From the NCBI GenBank assembly GCA_035084275.1, contig CM068742.1, forward strand, positions 105,524,001-105,588,000: 64,000 nt of DNA, in the 5' to 3' direction. Under the pieces are notes generated by a model. It was not told the origin of the DNA. It saw only the letters and a program-made list of their open reading frames with translations, and searched no databases. This document shows positions 1 to 10,788 of this stretch, piece after piece; position 1 is the stretch's first letter, and the number at the start of each line of letters is the position of its first letter. The position numbers and the translations under genes are program-made. This DNA comes from Hydrolagus colliei. Its lineage: Eukaryota.

Positions 1-657
1 CACAGGCTCTCTCTATGCGTACACACAATGCCTTCACATGCTCATAACTGTTGCAAATGCCAAGAGGGTGCTGAACTGGAGGGATAGCGCCTCATGCTGG
101 TACTTTCACAGCAATACAAGTTCAGGTTCCACAGGCTTTTGCTTTTGTTTCGCTCAAGAACAACATAACATAGTGACACACCCCAAACTGGATGAATTAG
201 CGAGACAACATCCATTTAGTTATAAATTGTGAGATTGTTCACAAATGACATGTCAACAATGTATACAGTTACTACACTTTACAGTAAACCCTGTGAAGAG
301 CTGTGAAATGACTCTGTTCACCACATTCCTCAGTTTCTCTCCATAATAGCTACAGACGATCTCAAAACAGGCAGCACAAGTCCTCTCCTGAATCAAGAGC
401 TACAAGCCCATCATCCACATCCTCCCTCAGCTCCACTGGCATCCATTCTGCTGAACACCATCTTGGATCTCATCGCCTTGATCCCTCCCTCCCTCCCTCC
501 GTGCCGTAAAATCTTGATTTCTAACTGCACATTCAGACTTCATTCCATCCCCATACCCCTCCTCAAATGCCCTCCCCTTTTTCCCCAGTTTGGGCTCCCT
601 CTCACCCAAGTGAAGCCCTTTGAGACTTCTTCTTGCTATGAAAAGTGCTATATAAAA

Positions 658-772
658 ATAATAATCCTTACATTCGATGTAGTGCATTATCGCATCATTG
701 AGACGTCTCAAAGGGCTTTACAGATATACTATAAAGTAAACTGACTGTATTTTTTTGTGGGCGATTAATTGT
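658..772 (-). mobile_element. 3' fragment of the tRNA/Deu SINE, tail-to-tail with a + strand L2-like 3' end
   Basis: AATAATAATCCTTACATTCGATGTAG... matches the reverse complement of the SINE tail seen in full copies such as 10491-10788. Confidence 0.7.
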
Positions 773-799
773 CATTTAGAACTCATAGTTTAAGATGGC

Positions 800-2038
800 G
801 ACTGTGAGGGTTGATGAGGGAAATGCGGTGGACGTAAGTTACATGGATTTCAAAAAGGCTTTTGACACAGTACCGCATAAGAGATTAATAAAAACATTAG
901 AGGCCCACAGTATTAAGGGGACAGTGGCAGTTTGGATTAAGAACTGGCTGAGAGACAGAAAGCAGAGGGTGGTGGTTAATGGGTGTTTCTCAAAATGGAA
1001 GGAGGTGTGCAGCGGTGTCCCGCAGGGATCGGTATTGGGACCAATACCTTTCTAATATATATTAATGATCTGGACTTGGGCATAGAGAGCACTATTTCCA
1101 AGTTTGCAGATGATACAAAGTTAGGTAGGGTAGTAATTAGTGAGGAGGACTGTAACCAACTGCAAGCAGACATACACAGATTGGTGGAATGGGCTGACAT
1201 GTATGTGGCAGATGGATTTTAATGTGGATAAGTGTGAGGTGATACACTTAGGTAGGAAAAATGATAGGAGGCAATATAGACTTGGTAGCTCAATCTTAAG
1301 GGGGGTGAACATACAGAGAGATCTGAGTGTTCAACTAAGCGAATCATTAAAGGTAGCAAGGCAGGTAGATAAGGCAGTAAAAAAGGCATTTGGTGTACTG
1401 AGCTTTATTAGTAGGGGCATAGAGTATAAGAGTAGGGAGGTTATGGTTAATCTACACAAAACACTGGTTAGGCCTCAACTGGAGTACTGCGTCCAGTTCT
1501 GGGCACCTTATTTCAGGAAGGACATTAAGGCACTGGAAAGGGTGCAGAGGAGATTCATGAGAATGATACCAGGAATGGGGAACCTTAGCTATGAGGACAG
1601 ACTGGAGAAGTTAGGACTTTTCCCATTAGAGCAGAGAAGGTTACACGGGGACTGATAGAGGTCTTCAAGATCATGAAAGGTTTCGACAGGCTAGATAGGG
1701 AAAAGCTGTTTCCGCTGGTAGGTGTGTCTGTGACCGGTGGTCACAGATATCTTAAGATATCCACCAAAAGAAGCAGAGGGGAGGTTGGAAGAAATTTTTT
1801 TACTCAGCGAGTTGTTTGAATTTTGAATGATCTGCCTGAAAGGGTAGGGAGGTCCGATTCGATAGCAGCTTTTAAGAGAGAACTAGATAGGTATCTGGGG
1901 AAGACGGGTTTGCAGGGTTATGGGGAGAAAGCTGGTGATTGGGGTTCACGAAAGTGACTTGCTCAGTCAAAGAGCCGGCACAGACTCGATGGGCCGAATG
2001 GCCTCCTTCTGTGCCGTAACATTCTATGATTCTATGAT
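800..2038 (+). mobile_element. CR1-clade LINE, 5'-truncated and frameshifted (RT core, C-terminus and 3' UTR)
   Basis: Split ORFs give the motifs YMDFKKAFDTVPH, GVPQGSVLGP, SKFADDTK, KCEVIHLGRKN and KALERVQRRF. The element ends in a TTCTATGATTCTATGAT tandem tail at about 2022-2038. Confidence 0.95.
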
Positions 2039-2675
2039 ATACGATATGCAAATTTGGCTGCCGAGTTGTCCCACAAAACGCAATGTCACTGCACTTTACA
2101 GTGAATCCTGTAGAGTGTTTTGAGACATCTTTGTGAGATAAAAAGTGCTTTACCAAATACTTGTAGGGGGAGAGTGCATTCCATTCCAACAATCTATCTC
2201 TGGGATTTCCATGTGTAGATGGAATTCATGGAAATCTCAATTTGGTTTGGATATTGTTAAGCACGGGGATGGGTTGACCAAATGTGCGATCATAGACATC
2301 TTCCTGACTAAAAAATATAAATATATTTTGTGCTTATGACTGCAAGAGTAATTGACTGCACTGCACTGAAACCACCTAGTCCAGGACCACTACAGCTCCG
2401 ACTGCAGTGGTCTTGGACTAGGTGGCTTCAGGAGAAGGATGTACTCACTAAATGTATTGGGATTTTCTTCCTAATATATAATGAAGAGATGAGAAATGTT
2501 ACGTATGTGAATGTTAGAATGATATTGGCAGTGATCCAAATAAGAATTAATGCCATGGGGTAGGTGCCACTCTATTAAACTGGATTAGCAACAATCTTTG
2601 TTTTATACATAGCAAAGCACAAACGTTCTCAAACGTACCCGAAACTATCTATGAGTTCTCTTAGTTTATCCACAG

Positions 2676-2974
2676 ATAATAATAATAATCCTTGCATTTG
2701 ATATAGCGCTTTTCACATCATATCGACGTCCCAAAGCGCTTCACAGAATATACTGTAAAGTTAATTGACTGTATATTTATGGGCGAATCACGGCAGCCAA
2801 TTGCATACAGCAGTGTCCCACAAACAGTCGTGGATTGAAATGACCAATTTTATTATTGTGGTTTTTTGGAGGGATTATTATTAGGCGTGTGGAGTAAGGA
2901 AACTTGCCCATGGTTTCGCCCTGACCTGCCTGGATTCAAACACAGGTCTCCCCAGCTTGCAAGACAAGTGCTTT
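2676..2974 (-). mobile_element. tRNA-derived Deu-domain SINE (short variant); its head is split by an L2 and continues at 3757-3780
   Basis: (TAA)n tail and Deu core (reverse complement GGGACACTGCTGTATGCAATTGGCTGCCGTG). The tRNA head runs to GTGCTTT and resumes as AGCCACTAAGCCACAGGAG after the L2. Confidence 0.9.
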
Positions 2975-3756
2975 TGACAGCATGTCTGTCCGACATCGAG
3001 TCCTGGACGAGGGACAACTTCTTGCAATTGAACGTGAGTAAGACCGAGGCCCTCCTGATTGGCTCAAGCCAGCGCCTCCGCACATCGGGCGCTGCCAGCC
3101 TCAACATCCAAGGCTGCACTCTCCACCTCACAAAGCCAATCAGGAACCTCGGCATCATGTTCGATCAGAAACTTTCCTTCCTCCCCCACATCCGTGCCTT
3201 GACCAGCACCGCTTATTTCCACCTGCGCAACATTGCCAGGCTCCGCAACTATCTTACCCCCCACGCTGCCGTAACACTCGTGCACGCATACATCACCTCG
3301 AGGCTGGACTACGGAAATTCTCTCCTCGTCGGCCTCCCCAGTTCCTCCATTCACAGGCTGCAGGTCATCCAAAACTCTGCAGCCCGTGTATTATCCCGCA
3401 CCCGCCTCCGCGACCATATAACCCCCACCCTCGCCCGTCTCCATTGGCTCCCCATTCTCCAGAGGATCGAGTTCAAGATCCTCGTCCTCACCTTCAAGGC
3501 CTTACACGGCCTTGCCCCGCCCTATTTAACCAATCTACTTTCCCCCTACAAGCCCACCCAGACCCTCCGTTCAACAGGACTTGGCCTGCTCCAAGCCCCC
3601 CGCCCGAACCGCCCCACCATCGGAGGGAAACCTTCGTGTTTCACCCCTTCCCAAACACTCCCCTCTCAGCTCGGGTCACACGCTTCCTGTGCAGCGCCTT
3701 GGGACGTCCTCCCGACGTGAAAGGCGCTCTATAAATGTAATTTGTTGTTGTTGTTT
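2975..3756 (+). mobile_element. L2-clade LINE 3' part (ORF2 C-terminus), (TTG)n tail
   Basis: Open frame with [41 protein letters not shown] and LHWLPI..RIEFKI. Tail GGGACGTCCTCCCGACGTGAAAGGCGCTCTATAAATGTAATTTGTTGTTG. Confidence 0.95.
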
Positions 3757-6700
3757 AGCCACTAAGCCACAGGAGTTCCAGATGGGATGCTAAAGCTACT
3801 TAAAGTTGAAAAATGCTTCATATATTCAGATAGAGGTGGGCTTTGCTGACAGTTGCTAATTCTACTATAGGAAGGATGGAAAGGGAGATACAGATAATAA
3901 AAGGCCCTTGAGCCCATGACCTCTTCCTTCTAAATCACACACCTAATTACTTTCCCCTTAAAACATCTTAAGGTATGAATCCAATATCCCGGTATCCCTA
4001 TTCCCTTTCAAGCTGTTACATGTCCTCTACAGAAAGAAATATGTCCTGGTTTTTTTATTTCAAATTGCCCTTCCCAACCCTGAACCTACGTGCTCTTGTA
4101 CTGCTGTGTTGGCATATCAAAGGATATTGTTCTGGGTTTACTTTCTCTATCTCATTTAGCAAATTGGAAATTGTGTCAGCCCAGCGAGCTCTATCAAAAC
4201 TCTGAATTTCATTACATAAGACAACTGATCCTGTCCAAAAATGCATAAAATACAATTAAATTATAATCTCATTGACCATTGAGGTTCAGACCTGCAGATA
4301 AACTTCAGTCATGATTGTTCCTTACATAATCCATGATTGCATTCAATGTTATTTTTCGAGCAATAAAGGCCTGCACCATTTTGTTTTTCTAAGCACTACA
4401 AATAAATGATCTGTGTTTATATTCCCGGTAATGGCATTTCTTGACAAAATAAGGGTATCGTTTTTCAGACTAATTTCTGTAAGCACGTTAAGGGTAAAAT
4501 AAACAGTGCTACTGTACTGTGCTGTGTCTTCTAGATTTTTTTGTTATAGCTCATGTTCACATTAAGGAATTAGAAATCATTGGAAATACATCCTAGCAAA
4601 GTTTCATTACATACAACAATTAAATAATTCAGAGACAGAGATAAAGATACAGAGATATTTCTAGTACTTATTATGAAAGATTATGATATTTTGAATGATC
4701 TTTCCACATTGCTAGTGTAATGATGTAATTGAAATCCTCCTCTTTGAAACAGCTCAGCCCTGTGCTTATCACTGTGGCTATGAAGAGCCAGGATTATCAT
4801 GAGAAAAGTTCTGGGATAGTTCACAAGATTTTTTTCATATGCAGAGGTTTGCTAATTTTTTTTGCTAGAAATAGAAATTAAAGCTGAATACATAAACATC
4901 TAAAAGAGCATTGGACAAACACTTGAAGAGAAACATAAAGGGAAAGAGCAGGGGATTGGTGTTAGAGTACGGTAATTTGCCTCACTGCATGAGTTAACAC
5001 AAGTTTAGATTTATGGGCTGAACAGCATCCTCCGATGCATAGGTGGAGGTAATTTTTATTTGTGATCTCGTCCTTCCAAATCACGTGCCCAATCATCTCC
5101 CCATGGATGAGAGCAGCCCATCAAATCTACGATGATAGCAGATCAAACCTATGATAGCAATGGCAAAAATATGTTTTGAACAATTTCAAACTAGCACTGC
5201 TGTGAATTTACTCTCAGGTACATACTCTCTCATAAAAACCACAGAAATCTACCGGCATGAAGCTTTTGCTATTATTGGCTTCTGTTCCACACATGCACAG
5301 ACTGAGGGAATCGCAAAGCTTGCCCCTTTCAGGCCTCACTAAAACCTTGCCAATTTTAAATGCTTTTTAAGAGGAGGGGAGGAAGGTTGATGTTCAATCC
5401 CAACCTTTTGTTCCTCCCAGTTTCTTTTAATTTAGGTAAGGATAAGCATCAACATTGAAACTGATCTTTGCTGTAATGTCAGTTTATCCTCAATTTAGGG
5501 CTGGATGCTCTTCTGGTATTTCTTTCATTTCACATGACATGATCTTTCATCGGTATAAGTACATTTTATGACATTTGAAATGGCACACAGATGATCATAA
5601 CATATATCTAAAATATTGTTAAGTCCTTTCTATTTGACAATGTACAAAGAATTCTTAATAGCAATCATACACGCACTCCCCTATATCGAGCAACATCAAT
5701 GGACAGTCATGGGGCAGTCTGACCTGGATGGTGAATGTTGTCAGAAATTACTGTGAGAGCTAGAACCTGTGCACGGGAGGGGAGAAGGCACTAAATGAGC
5801 CTTTTAATCAGTACTGCTCGATTAAAAATGACTAGTTATTCATCATCTTTTGTTCTCTGTCTTTTGTGTGAACAGCACTTTTTTAGTGGTAAGTGGTATA
5901 AATTTCAAGAAGAATGAAACAAGACTACTATTGTACTTATCCACCCAATTTCGCCAAGGGGAAGAAAACGGAGGATGTGGTAATAAAATTAACAGCTGAA
6001 CTTACAATTATTGCTAATAAGAACACTTTATAAACAAAATAAGGACACCAATCCCCTTTTCAGAATGTACAGAATGAGAAATGATCACAGAGTCTATTCA
6101 TTCTGGCCTTACAGCAGATCAGGCACAATTTGTACTGCTGTACTATAGAAAAGACTCTCATCATGGCAAGTACACAGATGGTTAGATATGTCCTGTGTAT
6201 TAATTTATTGTGTTCAAGATCATCTTTGAAGGACTACTCTGCCAAGTAATCCATCTGGCACATACACAATCAACCGAATAGCCTCCTTATGTGATAAAAA
6301 TGTCTATGTTTCTATTTTGAATTCTGTTCTGTATGGAAAGACTGATTTTTTTTTATGATCCACTTTCAACTGAGGATTTTTTCCCCCTTATTGGGGAGAG
6401 AGGGAGGCTTATTCACTGCTCACTGATAAATTGACCACCTTTTTTTTTAGGGAGTTGGGGAAGCTGTACTTACAGTGAGAAATGCCATGTTTGAAATCGA
6501 GGAAGTCAGACTTATACTTCCAACATCCATTCACTTTCACCTCAGGCTGAAGGAGACCAGGGGCAGGACCCTAGCATTTTTTAAAAATATTATCAAAGAG
6601 AAGGTCACTCAACCAGCTCTTTGATAATATTAAAAATGATGTTCTTGGGTGGTCCTTGTGATCTTTTTCCACCATCTGCATTGAAACTGCATTGGCATGA

Positions 6701-7029
6701 ATCAAAATTAACCTAAGCATTTCCACACAGAGGGTTCTTACAATATTAGAAGATTGAGTGGCTTGGACCAAGTGGCTAATGAAGTGGACAATAACAGCAT
6801 TTAACAGAAAAGTTTGTAAAACACTGAGCAAGAGTAGAAAAGGGCATAAGAAAAGAGCAGACAAATGGGATTGCAGTTGTTAGCTTCAGTATATGAGATG
6901 GCTCTAGTTTAGCTTCAAAGAGCCAAATGTTCTTATCCTGCGTTGCTATTTCTATGCGTTGCTCAAATAACTTTGTAAAGGTGATCTCAGCAGTGCTTAA
7001 CAATAAAACTATTATTGTATTGATATACA

Positions 7030-7520
7030 ATCCAGCTTGTGTCCTCTCCCACACCATACCAGTGGCCCCATCATACCCACCCTCACCAGGATCCACTAGC
7101 TCCCCATCCCTCAAGAGAATAGAAGTCAATATTCTTGTATTCAATTTCAAGGCCCTCCATGGTTTGCCTCCTCCTACCTCTCTAACCTGCTAAACATCCA
7201 ATCAACCTGTCTGCTCCCGCCTTTCAGCAATGTTGGGCCAGCTCCATTTCTCCTGCCCGACCTGCCCTGCCATTGGTGGCCTGGCTCTCAGCCTCTATGG
7301 CCCCACCTTTTGGACTCCATCCCACGATCCCCTCATCTTGTTGTTTCAAGGCATGACTCAAGACCTTCCATTTCATCTGTGACTTCAGCCACCCTCCTAC
7401 CTCTCAGCACTCCCTCATCCCAACACTGCCACCGCATGCTCAGGTCCTGATCCCCAATTGTTCAGTGCCTTGGACATCTTCTTTGCATGAAAGGCCCTTT
7501 CAAATGTCATTTTGTTGTGA
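7030..7520 (+). mobile_element. Degenerate L2 3' fragment
   Basis: RIEVNILVFNFKALHGLPP motif and a decayed L2 tail. Confidence 0.8.
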
Positions 7521-7789
7521 TTGATATTGCATCTATAATTTTGACACATTGCAAATTTTTGTACATTGTCATCACTGTATGTGTACAAACATTGTATGTG
7601 GAGGTGGAATTTTCACATCTAAATTGATATTTAGAAATTGCAACAAACAGTAACTAACAGTAAGTCTTGGCATTAAGACTACATAGGAGTGATGCTGTGA
7701 TAATTTATGCAACTTGGAGATCGGGACTAAGTTTATCCAATTTGCATACAAAAATCTTCCACAAACTTTGCATCTGGAGGTTGAACTCC

Positions 7790-7987
7790 CTTCACTTTTT
7801 GAATAGTGTCATGGAGTCTTCCTTCATGTCCTCCTGAACAGACAGGCATGTACTCAGTTTAGTGTTTTATATGAAGGAACGACACCTCCGATACCTTATA
7901 CTATGACCACAAATTCCCCAAATGGAGATTGAACCCACAACCTTCTGACTCAGAGGCAAGATTGCTAGCAACTGAGCCAAGCTGACA
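7790..7987 (-). mobile_element. SacSINE1-like DeuSINE 5' part (tRNA head)
   Basis: Reverse complement TGTCAGCTTGGCTCAGTTGCTAGCAATCTTGCCTCTGAGTCAGAAGGTTGTGGGTTCAATC has A and B boxes and resembles the shark SacSINE1 head as I recall it. Confidence 0.75.
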
Positions 7988-8445
7988 TCTGAATCAGATG
8001 ATTCAGTGTTAAGTGACCCTCAGCATCTCAGATGCAGGGTGGCCTCTGCATTCAAGACAAAATTCAGCTTGGCTTCTGGTGATTCTCACCAATAATAATA
8101 ATCCTTGCAGTTGATATAGCACTTTTCACGTCTTCACCAACATCACAACAGGGCAATTCCCCACTTCAAGCATTGCAACAGTTCAAGGCCTCAGCAATTG
8201 ACAGCTCATTTCAGATGGCTGGGCAACATAAAGTACCTTCATGACATTTTAATTCAAAGGATGCAGATTGCTTTTCATGCTGAAGGTTTTATTTCACCCT
8301 TTAGGTCTGGATTTATATTAGGAGACTCCCAACTGAAATTGAGCAAAATGTTCAGATTCCACAGAGTTCTTCATAGTCAGGAATCTGATTGTTTTTGCCA
8401 TCTGACTGTTTTTGCACAAGATCTTTCATGTCTTCATGCGGGTAT

Positions 8446-8512
8446 AACAACAACAACAAAGTTACACTTGTAAAGTGCCTTTCACATCAGGAGGACGTCC
8501 CAAGGCGCTGGA
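8446..8512 (-). mobile_element. L2 tail-only fragment
   Basis: (CAA)n followed by AGTGCCTTTCACATCAGGAGGACGTCCCAAGGCGCTG, the reverse complement of the tail at 3690-3756. Confidence 0.85.
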
Positions 8513-10267
8513 TAACCAAATAAAAATTATTATGCCGCATATTGAAGTTTTGAGGACGATTACATTTTTTTAGAAAGACAATGGAAAATAACTCATTTAT
8601 GATAATAATCAGTGTCAGAGCGATGCTTTGGAGATGCAGAAAAATCATTCAATAACAACCAATCCTGACATTTTTGGTTGCACAAAATTTATCAAGCTGG
8701 CAGCACCACTGGACTTTGGTACAAAACACCTCAGCAATTGTTGTGTATGTGAAAGACCAGTGGGCACTGAATTATTCTTCTTCACAATAATTTTACGCTG
8801 TTACATCTTCACTTACAGCACAATAAATTCCAAAGTAAAGAATTCCACCTGACTTAATTCACTGAGGAAGTCACCAATAATGATAATTGACTGCGTACTA
8901 CTCTTGTCGTCCCCAATAACCCCATATTCTGCTAGTGAGGGGTATTCTGCTAGTCTATTAGATGTCTCATAGCACTTTGTTATATATTTTGTGGGTGAAA
9001 CGCAAAAGCCAATTGCGCCCACCAAAATACTTTAAGCGAAGCTGGGAGGGAAAGCCCTGAGCCCCGAGGATGACCACAGGCAGTCCTCTGAGCAGCCCCA
9101 CCCCACAGCTGCAGTGGAGGCTGTTTGACATCCCACCTTTGATTGGCTGATGTATCCCAGAGACTGTGAGGTGAGGAGGATGGAGGCGGCCATCTTTAAT
9201 GTTGGCTTGGAGTCTCCACCTGGCTTAAAGGGGACCATCCTTTTAACTGAATTTTACTCACACACTCACCGCTCCACCCACCCACCCAAAAACTTCTGAA
9301 GAATATTTGTCGCCTATGGCTATGCCAAACTTTTGCAATTCTTTGTGATGAAATGCTTCTGGACCACGATATACACAATTAGCATAGCTGCCTAATAATT
9401 CTTTAAGCGACGTGGGTCACTAGGGGACTATATAAATGCAAGGTGTTGTTGTTGTAACTCAGTGAGTGTTACTTCCCCTCTGCAAAAAAATAATCCTGAT
9501 AGTAATAACCCCCTTGAATCCAAATTATTTTGGACTCTACAATAATATGGTAAATTTGCCATATTCTTCTGGAATCTTCTAGGTTTGCCTGTGATGGTTA
9601 TGTTTTACACACATGATTTTTAACTGTTTAACTGCACAAAATATCGAAAGTTTGTCTTTTATTAGCATATTGTTGTTAGTTTGCATGTTGCAAGAATCAA
9701 GCTCTTTTATTGATCATCAATATTGACACTAAAATATGTTTTCTCTCTAGTTAGGTTACACAATAGATTGGTGGATTAATGAGATAACCTAGTGTGTTGA
9801 TTTTTGGTCTAGTAGAGGTCACCTTAATCATCATTCTGTAAAAGTTCACAAGAAAGGTTTGGATGATGAAAATGCTTCATACAATTCCAATATCTACTCT
9901 AATTTCACATTGCAGTATGAAGCAGTTTCTTAAATTCATCTGATGTTCTGTACTCCAGGACTACCTTCCTGGTAAACCATTCCAGCTGTTAATTACCTTA
10001 CCCTCTGTGTAAAGAAATTCTTCTTGATGTCTGATCTAAATTGTCACTCTTATTCTGCTGTCTTGAAAGCATTGTTCTGGGTTTACTTTTTCAATCCCAT
10101 CAAACATCTCATGCAGTAGACTCCCCTTCTAACATAGTTTGTCGTAATGCTGGTTTACTTATCGAGCCATTATTCACTGCACTGATCCACTCAAAGAATC
10201 AGTTGTTCCACACAGTACATCCCTGTAATACTAGGGACAGCCAATCTAATGCAAATACTGTATAGTA

Positions 10268-10484
10268 CAGTAAAAGCCTGTTTATCTGGCACTCGATCAA
10301 CCGTAACTTCTGTATAACTGGCACATCAAAAAAAAAGGTCTGTATTCGATTAACCAGAATTTATCTGGAAAAATGCATTTTTTAAAAAACACTTTTTGTT
10401 TTGCGTTTTTGGCCAAATATCCGGCACGTGCTTTAACCGGCATTGGCTAGGTCCCGAGGGTGCCAGATAAATGGGCTTTTACTA
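10268..10484. mobile_element. Tigger/pogo-like MITE
   Basis: TIRs CAGTAAAAGCCTGTTTATCTGGCAC ... GTGCCAGATAAATGGGCTTTTACTA, flanked by TA on both sides. Confidence 0.88.
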
Positions 10485-10490
10485 TATTAT

Positions 10491-10788
10491 GGAGACCTGT
10501 AGCTCAGAAGTTAAGAGCACTCTCCTTTCAAGCAAGAGACCTGGGTTCATTTCCAGGCACGGCAAATCCTTGGGCACGTTTCCTTACTCCAACCGTCCAA
10601 TAATAATCCCTCAAAATGTTTTTGATAATTTCAATCCACGACTGTTTGTGGGACACTGCTGTGTGTAATTGGCTGCCATGTTTCACCTACATATGCAGTC
10701 AATTCATTTTACAGTATATTCCGTAAAGCGCTTTGAGATGTCTGGAAGACGTGAAAGGCGCTATATCAAATGCAAGGATTATTATTAT
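10491..10788 (+). mobile_element. Full-length tRNA/Deu SINE (short variant)
   Basis: Head GGAGACCTGTAGCTCAG...GGTTCATTTCC, Deu core, and tail GCGCTATATCAAATGCAAGGATTATTATTAT. Confidence 0.92.

Noticed and set aside
2866-3720. 284-aa ORF as a host gene
   Set aside because: It is antisense SINE sequence fused to an L2 ORF2 C-terminus, with a non-ATG start.
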